The position numbers and the translations under genes were made by a program. From contig NW_021835884.1 in NCBI RefSeq assembly GCF_006345805.1, positions 1-43,977 on the forward strand: 43,977 bases of DNA, written 5' to 3'. This document shows positions 1 through 12,346 of this stretch, piece after piece. The notes below the pieces were generated by a model. That model searched no databases. It had not been told where the DNA came from and saw nothing but the letters and a program-made list of their open reading frames with translations. The DNA is from Octopus sinensis (taxonomy: Eukaryota). How positions within the stretch are numbered: position 1 is the stretch's first letter; every line of letters begins with the position of its first letter.

Positions 1-179
1 CTTCCGGCTGGTTCCGAAAATATTGCTTCTGTATTGCTTTTGTGTTGGTAAGATGTGGAATTAGACAGAGTGGCTCTTTGTGGGTGGTCGTTCAGTTTAC
101 TAGAAACAGCAGCTGAGCATCGCTCGCATCAAATTCCATTCGCTTATGCAAGAAAAAAAAATCATTAGGAGATTGATTT

Positions 180-730
180 TCACTGATGATGATCAATATG
201 GAGAGGACGATGATGAGGATGATGAGGATGATGATGATCAGGAGGTAGAGGAGGGGGAGGAGAAGGATGACCGACGACATCGATGATTGATGATGATGAT
301 GATGATGACGACGACGATGGTGGTGGTGGTGGTGGTGATGATGATGATGATGACGATGATGACGATGACGATGATGACGACGACGACGATGGTGGTGGTG
401 GTGTTGATGATGAGGAGGAGGATGATGATGACGACGACGACGATGGTGATGGTGGTGATGATGATGATGATGATGAGGATGATAATGACGATGATGATGA
501 TGACGACGACGATGGTGGTGGTGATGATAATGATGATGACGACGGTGGTGGTGGTGGTGGTGATGATGATAAGGAGAGGGAACACGATACCGACAACAAC
601 GAAAATAATGATTGATGATGACGACGACGACGATGATGGGACGATGATGACGACGACGGTGGTGATGGTGGTCATCGTGGTCGTCGTCGTCATCGTGAAG
701 ATGGTGATGGTGGTGGCGATGACCGGCAAG
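180..730. repeat. (GAT/GAC/GGT)n trinucleotide low-complexity tract
   Basis: Direct reading; it explains the poly-D/H/S/I/M ORFs at 92-865. Confidence 0.95.
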
Positions 731-1278
731 TATCAGTTGTCCAAAGCCATATATCACACCGAACTCTATATATCTCGAACCGTTCAAATATTTACACAAA
801 TCACAACCCAGCGCTCGCTTTTTTTGTTTGTTTGTTTGTTTGTTTGTTTTTTATCTCAGAAATAACCAAAAACAAAACAAGATAACCACCACCACTACCA
901 CCACCACCACCACTACCACCCACCACACCACCACCACCACCACCACTTAAGTCCTCAGCCTTATTTTAATGGTTAACGTTCTAAATAAAGAAAAATGTGT
1001 CACATCACACGTCGGTCACTTTCTCCGCCCCTCCCACCTTTCTCTCATACTCTTTTGCTTTTACATATACAAACTTCCCGGCACACACACAAACACACAT
1101 ACAGACAGACATAGAACATACACATATATATTATATACATATATGTATGTATGTATATATTATATATATATATTATTATATATATATATATTTATATATA
1201 TTTTATATTGAATATATATATAGATATATATATATTATAATATATATATATTTATTATATATATATATATATATATAT

Positions 1279-1317
<39 letters not shown>

Positions 1318-1610
1318 TATCATAGTTGTCTGTGTTATACATTATGCTTAGAGCATACACACACAAGTCTATAGGCCTATTACGGTGATTTTGTCCTTAG
1401 AAAGCATCTTTTATGGATCATGTATTAAAAACATAACGAATATCGGAGAAAAGGGCGAAAATTCGTCTCAGCAGCGGCCAGCGAGACCAACACATGCATT
1501 TCGACCTCATACATACATACATACATACATACATATGTATTTATTATGCATATATATATATATTATATATTATATATATATATATATATTATATATATAT
1601 ATATATATAT

Positions 1611-1780
1611 AAATTAGAGGAAAACCACTATTAAGCAATTCAAACAATGATAGGCGTAAATCAGACCATATAGAAATAGTAGTTTTTTCTCTAATTTATA
1701 TATATATTTTATATTGTGAAATTTGATTTAGTACTACTAAATTGAATTTTTCCCTGTAAGTTTGGAATTATATTCCCCTA
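1611..1780. repeat. AT-rich interspersed repeat next to (TA)n; related copy at 34491-34760
   Basis: AAATTAGAG..AAAACCACTA..A.GCAA.TCAAACA.TGA is shared with 34497-34540; both copies start right after long (TA)n. Confidence 0.5.
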
Positions 1781-1795
1781 ATATTATTATTATTA

Positions 1796-1844
<49 letters not shown>

Positions 1845-1862
1845 CATCATCATTATTATAAT

Positions 1863-1897
<35 letters not shown>

Positions 1898-1901
1898 TAT
1901 A

Positions 1902-1945
<44 letters not shown>

Positions 1946-1948
<3 letters not shown>

Positions 1949-2146
1949 GTGAATCGTGGGCGATGTTTTTTCCTCCGTCTTCCTTTTCTATTGGACTTTC
2001 CTCTGTCTCCTGTTTCTGAAGAAGAGCTCTGCTCGAAACGTAAAACCATCTTTCTTTCCTTTCTGAGCGTCTGCTAATACTTTACATGTACCACGTCCTC
2101 GCGCTGCTTGTTTGTGTGTTTGTTCTTCTTTTGGGATTAGGAATTA
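1946..2146 (+). mobile_element. Short HHR-bearing element (Penelope pLTR/retrozyme-like) embedded in (TA)n
   Basis: A ~200-bp unique island between two (TA)n tracts that contains the HHR motif at 2012-2046. Confidence 0.55.
2012..2046 (+). ncRNA. Minimal type I hammerhead ribozyme motif
   Basis: GTTT-CTGAAGA-A-GAGC(TCT)GCTC-GAAA-CG-TA-AAAC: stem I GTTT/AAAC, intact core, stem II GAGC/GCTC, palindromic ACGT stem III, GUA cleavage triplet. Confidence 0.7.
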
Positions 2147-2199
2147 CTATATATTATATATATATATATATAATATATATATATTATATTACACTCACA

Positions 2200-2537
2200 C
2201 AGTTAGAACCTCGCAGTACGAGTGGCTATTGCACGAGTAATTTGCCGTACGAGCGGAAATCCGCAGTACGCGCACACAAATCATCCCATCTTTAAGGTAA
2301 TTCAGTTAATAAAACCAGTTTACATATTTCTTTTGCATTCTCCATTTTATAATTATCATTTTACTTGTAACTACACCTTTTCTGTTTTAAAACCCATAAA
2401 AAGTGGGTTTTGGGGGCTGGAACGGATTAATTATATTTTAGTTTATTTCAATGGGGAAAATTGATTTGTAAAACGAGGAAATCGTAAGACGAGCTCGGTC
2501 AGGGAACGAATTAAACTCGTACTGCCTGACATCCCTG
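2200..2537. mobile_element. Tigger/pogo-like non-autonomous DNA transposon (MITE)
   Basis: Ends CAGTTAG...GCAGTACGAGT and ACTCGTACTGC...CCCTG-TA form imperfect TIRs; the internal CAATGGGGAAAATTG and GAACGAATTAAACTCGTA segments resemble Tigger-type MITEs. Confidence 0.6.
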
Positions 2538-2599
<62 letters not shown>

Positions 2600-2785
2600 A
2601 CACACACACATGTAAATGCGGAGTAGATGAAACAGGGACAACTGGTGAAGGGGAATGTTCTTCATGTTGCATGTCTCGTTTCTCTGCTTTTTCGTTGTTC
2701 GAAAAAAGTTCGTTTTCTATTTTTATGTTTTCATGTTTTCGTTTTCTCATTGTGTTCAAAGTTTTTGATGTCCTGTACCCATATA

Positions 2786-2833
<48 letters not shown>

Positions 2834-2879
2834 TATATATATATATATTAATATATACATAGATATGTAGATATGTACA

Positions 2880-2926
<47 letters not shown>

Positions 2927-3044
2927 ATATATATATATATATGCATATATTTATATATTATTTAATTATTATATGATCAAACGCCACGCATCCTTTTCCA
3001 ACTAAGTTTAAAACGCTGGTTTTATAGTAATATTTATATACATA

Positions 3045-3115
3045 CAAGGTTCCCAACTTAGGGTCCGCGGACCCCTGGTGGTCCGCAATGGTAGTACGGG
3101 GGGTCTCCAGTATTG
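3045..3115 (+). mobile_element. hAT-type MITE terminal fragment
   Basis: CAAGGTTCCCAACT-TAGGGTCCGCGGACCCC resembles hAT (Charlie-like) termini; no partner end or TSD found. Confidence 0.4.
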
Positions 3116-3129
3116 ATAACTCCCATTGA

Positions 3130-3860
3130 AAGACACCTCCTCCTACCCTCCTCCTACCCTCTTTCTCATCTTTTCTCTCTCTTCCATTTCGCCTTTCTCT
3201 CTCACTCTCTCTCTCTTTCTCTCTCTGTCTTACTATCTTTCGTACACGATCTTTCTCTCTTTCTTCCCTCGATCTTTCCTTCCTCTCTACCTCGTCCTTT
3301 CCTTTCTTTCTCGTCTTTTCTCTTACTCTCCCTCTCTCTCCCTCGCGCTCTGTCTCATTCATCCCTTTCCTCCTCTTCTCGTCTACTCACCTTTCTCTTC
3401 TCTCTCTCTGTTTCTTCCTCTCTGTCTTCCCCTTCTTCTCTCCCCTTTTCTCCCTCAATCTCTCCCTGTTCTTCTAGCCTTCTCACCCTTCTTTCTCTCT
3501 CTCTCACCTCTTCTCTATACCACTCTCTCTCTCTCTCACTCTCTCTTTCTCTAGCACTCTTTCTCTTTCTCTATATTTCTTTCTTTTCTGTCTCTGTCTG
3601 TTTCTCTCATCCTTCTCTCTCGCTTTGCAGATCTCTCTCTCTCTCTCTAGCTTCTTGTTTCTCTCTCTCTTTCTTCGTAAATTTCTCTCTATATCTCTCA
3701 CAACCCCTCTCTCTCTCTCTCTCTCTCTGTACCGCTCTTTCTCTTTTTCTTTCTTTCTCTTTCTTTCTCTTCCCTCTCTGTCTGTTTGTCCTTCGTACTT
3801 TCTGTCGCTCTCCCTTCCTCTCTCTCTCCCTTTCTTCCTCCCTTTTTTTCTTCCTTGCAA
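3130..3860. repeat. CT-rich polypyrimidine low-complexity tract
   Basis: Direct reading; source of the poly-S/L and R/E ORFs. Confidence 0.9.
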
Positions 3861-4029
3861 CAAGGCGCCATCCTTAAACCCTATTTGTCTAGCGATAAAT
3901 AATTAATCCGTACCGTTAATCTGTCTGTTTGTCTCCCTACTTTTTACTTAATTAGCCACACTCAAAATGCAAATAAAGAACAAATTCATCACATTTCGTC
4001 TACAGGAAGCCACTGCAACAACTTCTACC

Positions 4030-4725
4030 TGGTCACTAGTTCTACTGGAAATAGCCCCTAAATCTCCCTCACCTCACACTCTACAACCTGAAAAAGGACT
4101 CATTCCACCACCTAGTCCTAAACAAATATAAGGCAGGTTAGCCATGAATGGAACGCTTTTGATTGTAGAACTGCTATGATGTGGGCTCAATTGAGTTTCA
4201 ACAGCAAGGAAGAAAACATTATATAATGTAGTCCAAGGTGTCTAAAGAAATGATGGCATGGTCACGGCTGAAACGCCTGTGATTAGATGTCTGTTATTGT
4301 TTGGACTGACCTGGATTTAAACAAAAATTAGGAAGAACACATTGGATAATGTAGTCCCAGGTGCATTATGTCTAAAGAAACGATGGCATGGTCACGGCTG
4401 GGACGTCTGTGATCAGACATCTGTTGTGGTTTGGACTGACCTGGATCTAAACAAAAAACTAGGAAGAACACATATGTGTACTATACCTGAATATATAACG
4501 ACATGGTCACGGCTGGAACGCCTTTGATCATAGGTCTGTTATGTTCTGAAGTGACCGGGGTTTAAACGACAACGGGAAGAGCACATTGGATAATGTAGTC
4601 TTACTATACCTGAATAAATAACGGCATGGTCACGGCTGGAATGCCTTTGATCATAGGTCTGCTATGTTCTGAATTGACTGGGGTTTAAACAACAACGAGC
4701 ACATTTGATAATGTAGTCTTAGGTG
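4030..4725 (+). repeat. Interspersed repeat with internal ~115-130-bp tandem array (about 5 units)
   Basis: GGTCACGGCTG recurs at 4260, 4390, 4505 and 4628; the head (CTAC/GCTAGAAA..AGC..AAATCTCC) recurs degenerate near 9165-9380 and 17365-17440. Confidence 0.75.
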
Positions 4726-5359
4726 CTCTTTGTACAAAGAGCTGGGGTTTCTTCAAGGACTCCAGCAGCAACAGAAACAACAAAAAGGGCAACCGCAATA
4801 ACAACAGCTGCACGCTGCTTCGGTAAAGAGTCAGTCAGTCAGTCAGTCAACCACCATCAACAGACATAGAGATAGGGTGGACAGGTGGACGGGTGGACGG
4901 GTGGATCAAGTAATTTTCTGTAACATATGGCGTAACGTGATAGGTTGGTTTCTTCTTGTACTTATCTAGACAATGCTCCATTCAGTCTTACTTATAAACC
5001 TTGACACCCCTGAATGTCCTACAAGAAAGCTTCCCCTAAAATGTTGTTTGTGCTTTATAGGGGGCGTTGGTTGAAAGGTTTTTTTTGTTTAAAATTATAT
5101 GCGTTGTTTGTTTAGATACGGTGGGGTGTGTATTCATAAATAAATATACAGTCAAAGCCGCTTATTACAATCATCGATAACATAAGCAAACGCGTATTGT
5201 TATCAAGACTAGAGAATCCCAAACACACTCAGAATATTAAAAGTATCTTGTTATCTAATCTAAAAGGATCTGCTCCGCATTCCTCACTGGTGGAAGTCGC
5301 TTATTATAATCACATTTGGTCGGAACATTTAACAAATAGTTTAACAGTGATGTATTCTT

Positions 5360-5545
5360 TTACTCTTGTACTTGTTACAGTCCTTTGAGTGCGGCCATGC
5401 TGGAGCACCGAAGAAATCAACCCCAGAACTTATTCTTTGTGAACCTAGTACTTATTCTATCGGTCTCTTTTGCCGCACCGCTAAGTTACGGGGTACGTAA
5501 ACACACCAACATCGGTTGTCAAGCGATGGTGGTGGGAACAAAGAC
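5360..5545 (-). mobile_element. SINE family S2, 3' half
   Basis: Matches the 3' part of the full copies at 12739-13158 and 21545-21927 (GCGGCCATGCTGGAGCACC...CTAAGTTACGGGG.ACGTAAACACACC). Confidence 0.85.
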
Positions 5546-5567
5546 ACACACAAAGACACATACACAC

Positions 5568-5612
<45 letters not shown>

Positions 5613-5702
5613 TATATGTAGGTCCCGGGTGAGTCGGGGTTAACCACAGTAAATAAGGTACCTCAATACACAGCAGAGTAAATTAATTTATTTCATAGAA
5701 GG

Positions 5703-5753
5703 AGCTTCTACAGGACTAGAACTGTTTCATTCAAATTAAATCATCAGGAAGCT
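5703..5753 (-). ncRNA. Type I hammerhead ribozyme motif (reverse copy)
   Basis: Exact reverse complement of 6250-6300. Confidence 0.7.
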
Positions 5754-6249
5754 TGCTGTCAAAATAAGTTTTGGCATTTATACATTTAGGCAGATTAAAT
5801 GGGGTGGTGGTGGGGGACATTTTTGGGGTAAGCAGGGGAGTGGTCAAAAGAATCAGTGATAAAGTAAATAAATAGAATAATTGAAAGAGTTTTAGGTAAA
5901 TAAGAAGACTATCGCTTATATACATATATATATATATACATATACATAATATATATACACATACACATACATACACACATATATACAGATACACATACAC
6001 ATACACATACACATATACATGTATGTATATGTGTATGTGTATGTGTATGTGTATATATATGTATATAATGTGTGTGTATATGTATGTACATATACATATA
6101 TATATATGTGCGTGTGTATGGGTGTGTATATTTATTTATATATGTGTAGATATACGTGTGCGTGTATTTGCGTGTTGGCATGCATGTGTATGCCACCACC
6201 CCATTTAATCTGCCTAAATGTATAAATGCCAAAACTTATTTTGACAGCA

Positions 6250-6300
6250 AGCTTCCTGATGATTTAATTTGAATGAAACAGTTCTAGTCCTGTAGAAGCT
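6250..6300 (+). ncRNA. Type I hammerhead ribozyme motif
   Basis: AGCTTC-CTGATGA-TTTAATTTGAAT-GAAA-CAG(TTCTAGTC)CTG-TA-GAAGCT: 6-bp stem I, intact core, 4-bp stem III, GUA site (cleavage after 6294); stem II is weak and A/U-rich. Confidence 0.72.
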
Positions 6301-6409
6301 CCTTCTATAAAATAAAAAAATATATATATATTGTATGTATATATATATATATTGTATGTATATGTATGTATAAATGTATGTATATATATATATATGTGTG
6401 TGTGTATGT

Positions 6410-6555
6410 ATGACGGGATTCTATCAGTTTCAGTCTACCAAATCCACTTACAAGGCTTTGGTAGGCCCGAGGCTATAGAAGACATTTGCCCAAGGTGCCA
6501 TGCAGTGGGACTGAACCCGGAGCCATGTAGTAAGCTTCTTACCAAACAGCCATGT
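6410..6555 (-). mobile_element. SINE family S2, 5' half (tRNA-like head)
   Basis: Reverse complement of ...GGTAAGAAGCTT...GGGTTCAGTCCCACTGC.TGGCACCTTGGGCAA...GAAACTGA. Confidence 0.85.
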
Positions 6556-6695
6556 TTAAACACAAACATACACAGGCACATGCACACACATAGATATATA
6601 CATATCTGTGTGTGTGTATATATGTGTATGTATGATGTATGTATGTATGTATTATGGATGTATGTATGTATGTATGATGTGTGTGGGGTGTGTGT

Positions 6696-6734
<39 letters not shown>

Positions 6735-6926
6735 TGTTGTGTGTGTGTGTGTGTGTTGTCAAAGGCTTCAATAAGTAGTCAACAGCAATCGATCAGCTAA
6801 GATATTGTTAAAATGAAAATCAGAATCTCCTTTGGAGATAGACAGACAGAGAGACTGATAGAGAGATGGATAGATAGATAGATAAATAGGTATGTAGACA
6901 AATAGATAGAGAGTGAATAAGAGAAA

Positions 6927-6964
<38 letters not shown>

Positions 6965-7006
6965 TTGATTGCGAAATTAAAAATTTGCATGTTATTGAAA
7001 ATTGGA

Positions 7007-7065
<59 letters not shown>

Positions 7066-7969
7066 TAACAATAATAATAATGATGATGATGGTGATGATG
7101 ATGACGATGATGATTTTATTTATTTACCACAAGGGGGACAATAATAATAATAATAATAATAATAATGTCAAATATATTAGCCAACCGCTACAATGAATAC
7201 TCGACCCAATCAGCGCTTGACACTGTTGCACGTAGCCACAACACATATTCATCAGAGTTAACACAGCTCACATGGTCCATGGTCTTTACTGACGACATGC
7301 GAAAGTTATCTCGAAAGAACATGGCAAGTGGGGGACATCAAAGCCAAAGGAAAACAGTAATGTCTTAATACATACCAATATATGCATGTGTATGTGTATG
7401 TATGTATGTATGTGTGTATGTATGTATGTAATGTATGTATGTATGTATATGTGTGTATATGTATGTGTGTTTATATGTATGTATGTGTGTGTGTATATGT
7501 ATGTATGTTTGTAAGTATGTATGTATGTGTGTGCATGTATGTATGTGTATGTATGTATATTTGTTTCATGTATGTACATATGTATGTACATATGTATGTG
7601 TGTATGTATGTATGTATGTATGTATGTATGCATATTTGGTTGTATGTATGTATACACGTATGTAAGTGTGTGTGTATATATATATATATGTAGGTATGTA
7701 TGTATATGTACATATGCATGTATGTTTGTATGTATGTTAGAATGTTTGTACGTTTGTATGTATATTTGTATATATGTGTGTATCTATGTATATATGTAAA
7801 TAAGTTTGTATGTATATTTGTATATATATGTATGTATGTAAATATGTTTGTATGTAGGTATGTATACATGTATGTTTGTATGTATGTACTTATGTATATA
7901 TGTTTGTATGTTTGCATGTACGTATGACTGCAAAGTATGCCCGTGTGTTTGTGTGTGTGTGTGTGTGTT

Positions 7970-8640
7970 CACATCTATTTTTAATTATCTGAAGTCTTTC
8001 TGTTAGGAACAAACTGCTTTCTAACAAAAATACAAAACTCCATAGACTATAGTTTGTGATTTTATTCTCTACAAGATGTAGACAACAAAAACAAATTCAG
8101 ATTTGAAACTTGAGAAAAGTCTTGCATATTTTTACCGTTCCCCTTACAAATTGTATTCATAATGCGCATGTTAATTTGTTGACTTCCTTTCCTGAAGACC
8201 TCAACCTTTCCAGATTGTATCGTATGCATACATGCTTCTTTGCATGTATGTACATATATATGTACGTGCGTACGTATGTATGTGCATATGGTTTTATGTA
8301 TTATGTATATATACACGTATGTATGGAAGTATGCATGTAAATATGTATGCATGTATCTATGTATGTAAGAATGTATGCATGCATGTTTGTATGCATGTAT
8401 GTTATCTATTTTTGATTGCCGTAATTCTTCTTGTAAGGAAGGAACTGGTTTCTAACAAAGACACAAAACTCCAGCATTGGAATGTAAATAAAAAATAAGT
8501 CAAGCTCACATTTGAAACTTGCATATTTTGATTGTTCCACTTACAGATTACATTTGCGATGTTCGTGTCAGCTGGTTGAATTCCTTTTCTCAAAACCCCT
8601 ACTTTCCAGATCGTGTGTATGTATGCGTGGGTGATATTTT
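7970..8640. repeat. Diverged direct duplication (~430-bp spacing) split by (TATG)n
   Basis: 7970-8220 aligns with 8400-8615 (TTTCTAACAAA.A.ACAAAACTCCA...TTTGAAACTT...GCATATTTT...TTTCCAGAT). Confidence 0.7.
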
Positions 8641-8900
8641 CGGTTGTTAACTCCACAAAGTCTACATCGATTGTCACATTGTACTGCTTTTCCTGCATCT
8701 TTGTCCCTTTTGTGCATCAGGTATTTGGACGATATGCTCTTCAAAGTGTATGCATGTGTGTGTGTGCATATCTGTACGTATGTAAATTGGCATGGGCGAC
8801 GGTGAGCGCGTGAGTATGTGCATGTGGGTGTTTGTGTAACCGAAGTCTGAATGGACGACAAAAACGTGAGTGGAAATTGAAACGGTTGATGAGCGAACTA

Positions 8901-8920
8901 TCACGTGACGTGTGACGTCA
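8901..8920. promoter_or_regulatory. Adjacent E-box (TCACGTGAC) and full CRE (TGACGTCA)
   Basis: Sequence TCACGTGACGTGTGACGTCA in a CpG-containing unique island; function is not shown. Confidence 0.3.
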
Positions 8921-9774
8921 ACCAAAGTCTGTGTGGACGGTTTGTGTGTGACTCATCTGAATATTTTTATTTATTTATTTGTCACTATCATCTTCGTTGT
9001 TGTTGTTGTTGTCATTTTGATGCGTCAAACAAAATATTTTTTTGCCTATGAGACCGGTTGGACTTAAGAATCAACGTCATAAGCTACCCAATGGGTTTTT
9101 TTCAACAAAAACTTTTGCCACAACAAGTGAGAAGTCGACAAAGAAAATATGTGTGCCACTGCTCGGATGCTAGAAACTGCAGCTAAATCTCCATCGAAAC
9201 TCACCGTTCTGATATTATAAGAGAAACAAGACATTGGATATTGTAATCCCAAATATATTATGTCTGGAAAATGAAACAAAGTCGATGGGTCATATTTGGG
9301 ACGTTTTGCATTAAAGGCCAACACTATCAGAACAAGATTGACATGGGACTAAACAAAAACAAAAACAACAACAACAACTATTTCACAATTTCGATATTTT
9401 TTACGGTTTTTCGTGGTCCATCTGTTTTCAAAAGTGTTTCAAAATTTATTGTGGAGTGGTACTTGAAAGGTGGCTGACAGAATTATCGATAAATAGGCGC
9501 GAAGAGTCTGGTTAAGAAGTTCGCGTCGCGACAATATATTGGTGAATAAGAAGTAACGACGTGGCACCTTGGGCAACTGCTTTCTGCCAAAGCCTTGTGA
9601 ATAAGTCTTTTGATTCACTCCTCAATTTTTCTTCCGCAAGAGAGAGAATCTATTTCATATTTACATATTTTGTTTAGATAATAATACTATTCCAATTTCA
9701 TATACGCATTTCGATGTAACTAATCTCATCAGGGTACTATTCAGTTTTAATTTTTAAATTATTTATTTATGAAA

Positions 9775-9990
9775 GGCGGCAAGGTGACAGAATCGTTAGC
9801 ACGCCGGGCGAAATACGTAGCGACATTTCATCCGTCTTCACCTTCTGGGTTCAAATTCCGCCAAGGTCGACTTTGCCTTTCATCCTTTATAGTTAGATAA
9901 AATGAGTACCAGTTGAGCACTGAGATATCAATGTAATCGACTTACCACCCCCCTTGGAAATTGCTGGCCTTGTGACAAAATTTGAAACCA
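9775..9990 (+). mobile_element. SINE family S1 (tRNA-like)
   Basis: CAGAATCGTTAGCACGCCGGGCGAAAT...GTTCAAATTCCGCC.AGGTCGACTTTGCCTTTCATCC...TTTGAAACC; the family recurs 9 times in the window. Confidence 0.88.
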
Positions 9991-11291
9991 ATTTACTTAT
10001 TTATGAAAATCAGAAGAGCTCTTTTCATTTTTTGATATATATATATATATATATATATATATTCTGACATATGGGTTCTTCAAACATTTACATACGTAGG
10101 TGACTGAGAATCCGTAAGTCAGAATAACTGTCATCTCTGAAGAGCGCAGAGATACATAATCGGGCTATTATCTAACTCCCTGTTAAAACGCTAGGGCGAA
10201 ACCGATAGGTAAAATCGGCCGTAATGGCTATGTAATACTGTACACCTCGATTAATATATATATATATAGATGCATGTATGTGTGCATAATACATATATAT
10301 ATATACATAATGGATGTTCCGCTTCGATTTCGAACTCATAGCAGGACATCTTTTCTAAATGTTTTCTAATTATAGCTTTGTGGGGTCTCATGGGCACTTT
10401 TAAATAGAATTCGTTAAAATGTTTAGAAGCAGCTGGTGTTAGGGACTGAACCTGTGAACCACACGTCAACTGATTCTGCTCGACTGTTATGTTATGGATG
10501 CAAATGTCTGTGGCGAAAACCCAGCCACTTGAACATTAATCTAACGAGTAGCCAGTTCAATTGATTCAACAAAATGGATAACTCGTCGTCCAAGTCGGTG
10601 AACGGCCTTTTATGTATGGAGACACACACACACACACCACACACCCATATGTATACAAACACATGTACACCCCCATGCATAGATACATACCTACATAGAT
10701 GTTTGCATGTAAATCTCTCTCCCTCTCTTTCTCTATCTATCTCTCTATGTCTGTATAACTATCTAGGAGTCTATGTACGTATATGAATTAATACATGTAT
10801 GAGTGTGTATGTGTGTGTGTGAGTATATGTGCATATATGTAACTGTGTGTGTGTGAATCTGTGTATATATGTTTATATATATACATGTGCGTGTGTGTGC
10901 ATATATATATGAATATATATATATATATATATATATATGTTTATATATATATGTATATATATATATGTATATATATATATATGCATGTATATATATATGC
11001 TGTATATATAATTGCATTATATATATATATATATGCATATATATATATATATATGTATATGTATGCATATATATATATATGTATATGCATGTGTATATAT
11101 ATATATATATATCTATATATATATATATATGTACATGCATGTATTATATATATATATATGTATATATATATACACACATATGTATATACAAAGGCATATA
11201 CATATGCATCTCTGATTGTATATGAATATATACGTTTATATATGTGAATATATATATATATATAATAAAACCGGTTTCAATTATATACATA

Positions 11292-11328
<37 letters not shown>

Positions 11329-11344
11329 TGTATACTACACACAT

Positions 11345-11384
<40 letters not shown>

Positions 11385-11742
11385 GCACATGTACAGACGC
11401 AGACACGCACACACACGCAAACACACATGCACACACGCACATGCAGACATGAAACAAACCAGCAAACCTAAATGTCACTTTGAAGTCCGCTCTCCACACG
11501 TCAAGTACATTGGTGTGTTGGCCTGTTTACGTGCTTTGTTGTTCGTTGTTTTTGTTGTTGTAAATGCCGTTGTTGCGGTTGTTGTCGTTGTTGTTGTTGA
11601 TATTGTTGTTGGTGGTTGTTGGTGTTGTAGCTTTTGTTTTTCCTAGGAATATACCTTTGAACAATTTTCGAAATCCTGCCTACGTGTGGGTGTACGGCGC
11701 TTGCGCGTGACCGTGTTTCTCTATATATGCACATGTTTGCTG

Positions 11743-11804
<62 letters not shown>

Positions 11805-12016
11805 TATCTATCTCTATCTATCTATCTATCTCTACATATATATATATATATATACACACCACACACATATATATACATACATATACATATACACTTAGAT
11901 GCATATATATATATATACGTACACACTCAATAGATATACATGTGTACATATATATACATGCATATGCATTTATATATATACTTTATTATACATACATATG
12001 CATTTGTGTATATATA

Positions 12017-12051
<35 letters not shown>

Positions 12052-12301
12052 CATTTGTATCTATAACTCCACATATATATAGAGAGAGAGGGAAAGAAAG
12101 AGAGTAACCAGATACACATGAGCCTCAGCTGATACATTTCGATATACCTAATTGAAGCTTATTCATTAAGCCTACTAAACAACTAATTTGAAATTTATTT
12201 TGACCAATACCTGTATGAAATATATATATATATATCAACAATGAATCTTGAAAACATCTATATAGGCAAAATATAAATATATTTACTTTTTGGTAAACAT
12301 T

Positions 12302-12346
12302 CCGGGATATCGAGATGTTTCGATGACTAGCCACTTCTTCAGCCGG
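12302..12346 (-). ncRNA. Degenerate type I HHR-like motif
   Basis: CCGG-CTGAAGA-A-GTGG(CTAG)TCAT-C-GAAA-CATC(TC)GATA-TC-CCGG; 4-bp stem I, one stem III mismatch, AUC site. Confidence 0.4.

Larger units (their letters stand above)
5687..6316. mobile_element. Inverted repeat (116-bp identical arms 5695-5810 / 6193-6308), HHR-bearing; Penelope inverted pLTR-like
   Basis: Base-by-base reverse-complement identity over 116 bp (124 bp with one mismatch); each arm contains the HHR. Confidence 0.8.

Noticed and set aside
92-865. Long His-, Asp-, Ser- and Ile-rich ORFs (also 25716-26968, 38344-39206, 41780-42385)
   Set aside because: Trinucleotide repeats are open in most frames on both strands; there is no unique coding flank or splice context.
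4140-4725. CRISPR-like repeat/spacer reading of this array or the 19-bp and 29-bp arrays
   Set aside because: Units are homologous along their full length (no unique spacers), the context is eukaryotic and there are no cas genes.
7280-7320. CTGACGA...GAAA hammerhead-like words
   Set aside because: Only 5 nt between the core halves, with no stem II and no convincing stem I or III.
8110-8230. LRR-like peptide NLLTSFPEDLNLSRL and a 12-nt in-frame indel between the duplicated copies
   Set aside because: Differences between the two copies are mostly non-synonymous in that frame, and there is an upstream stop; this looks like neutral divergence.
10130-10230. CTGAAGA plus distant GAAA-CCGAT/ATCGG hairpin
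   Set aside because: No NUH triplet and no stem I pairing.
10763-11440. Stacks of YI/VC/HT-repeat ORFs throughout the window
   Set aside because: Translations of (TA)n, (CA)n and (TATG)n microsatellites.
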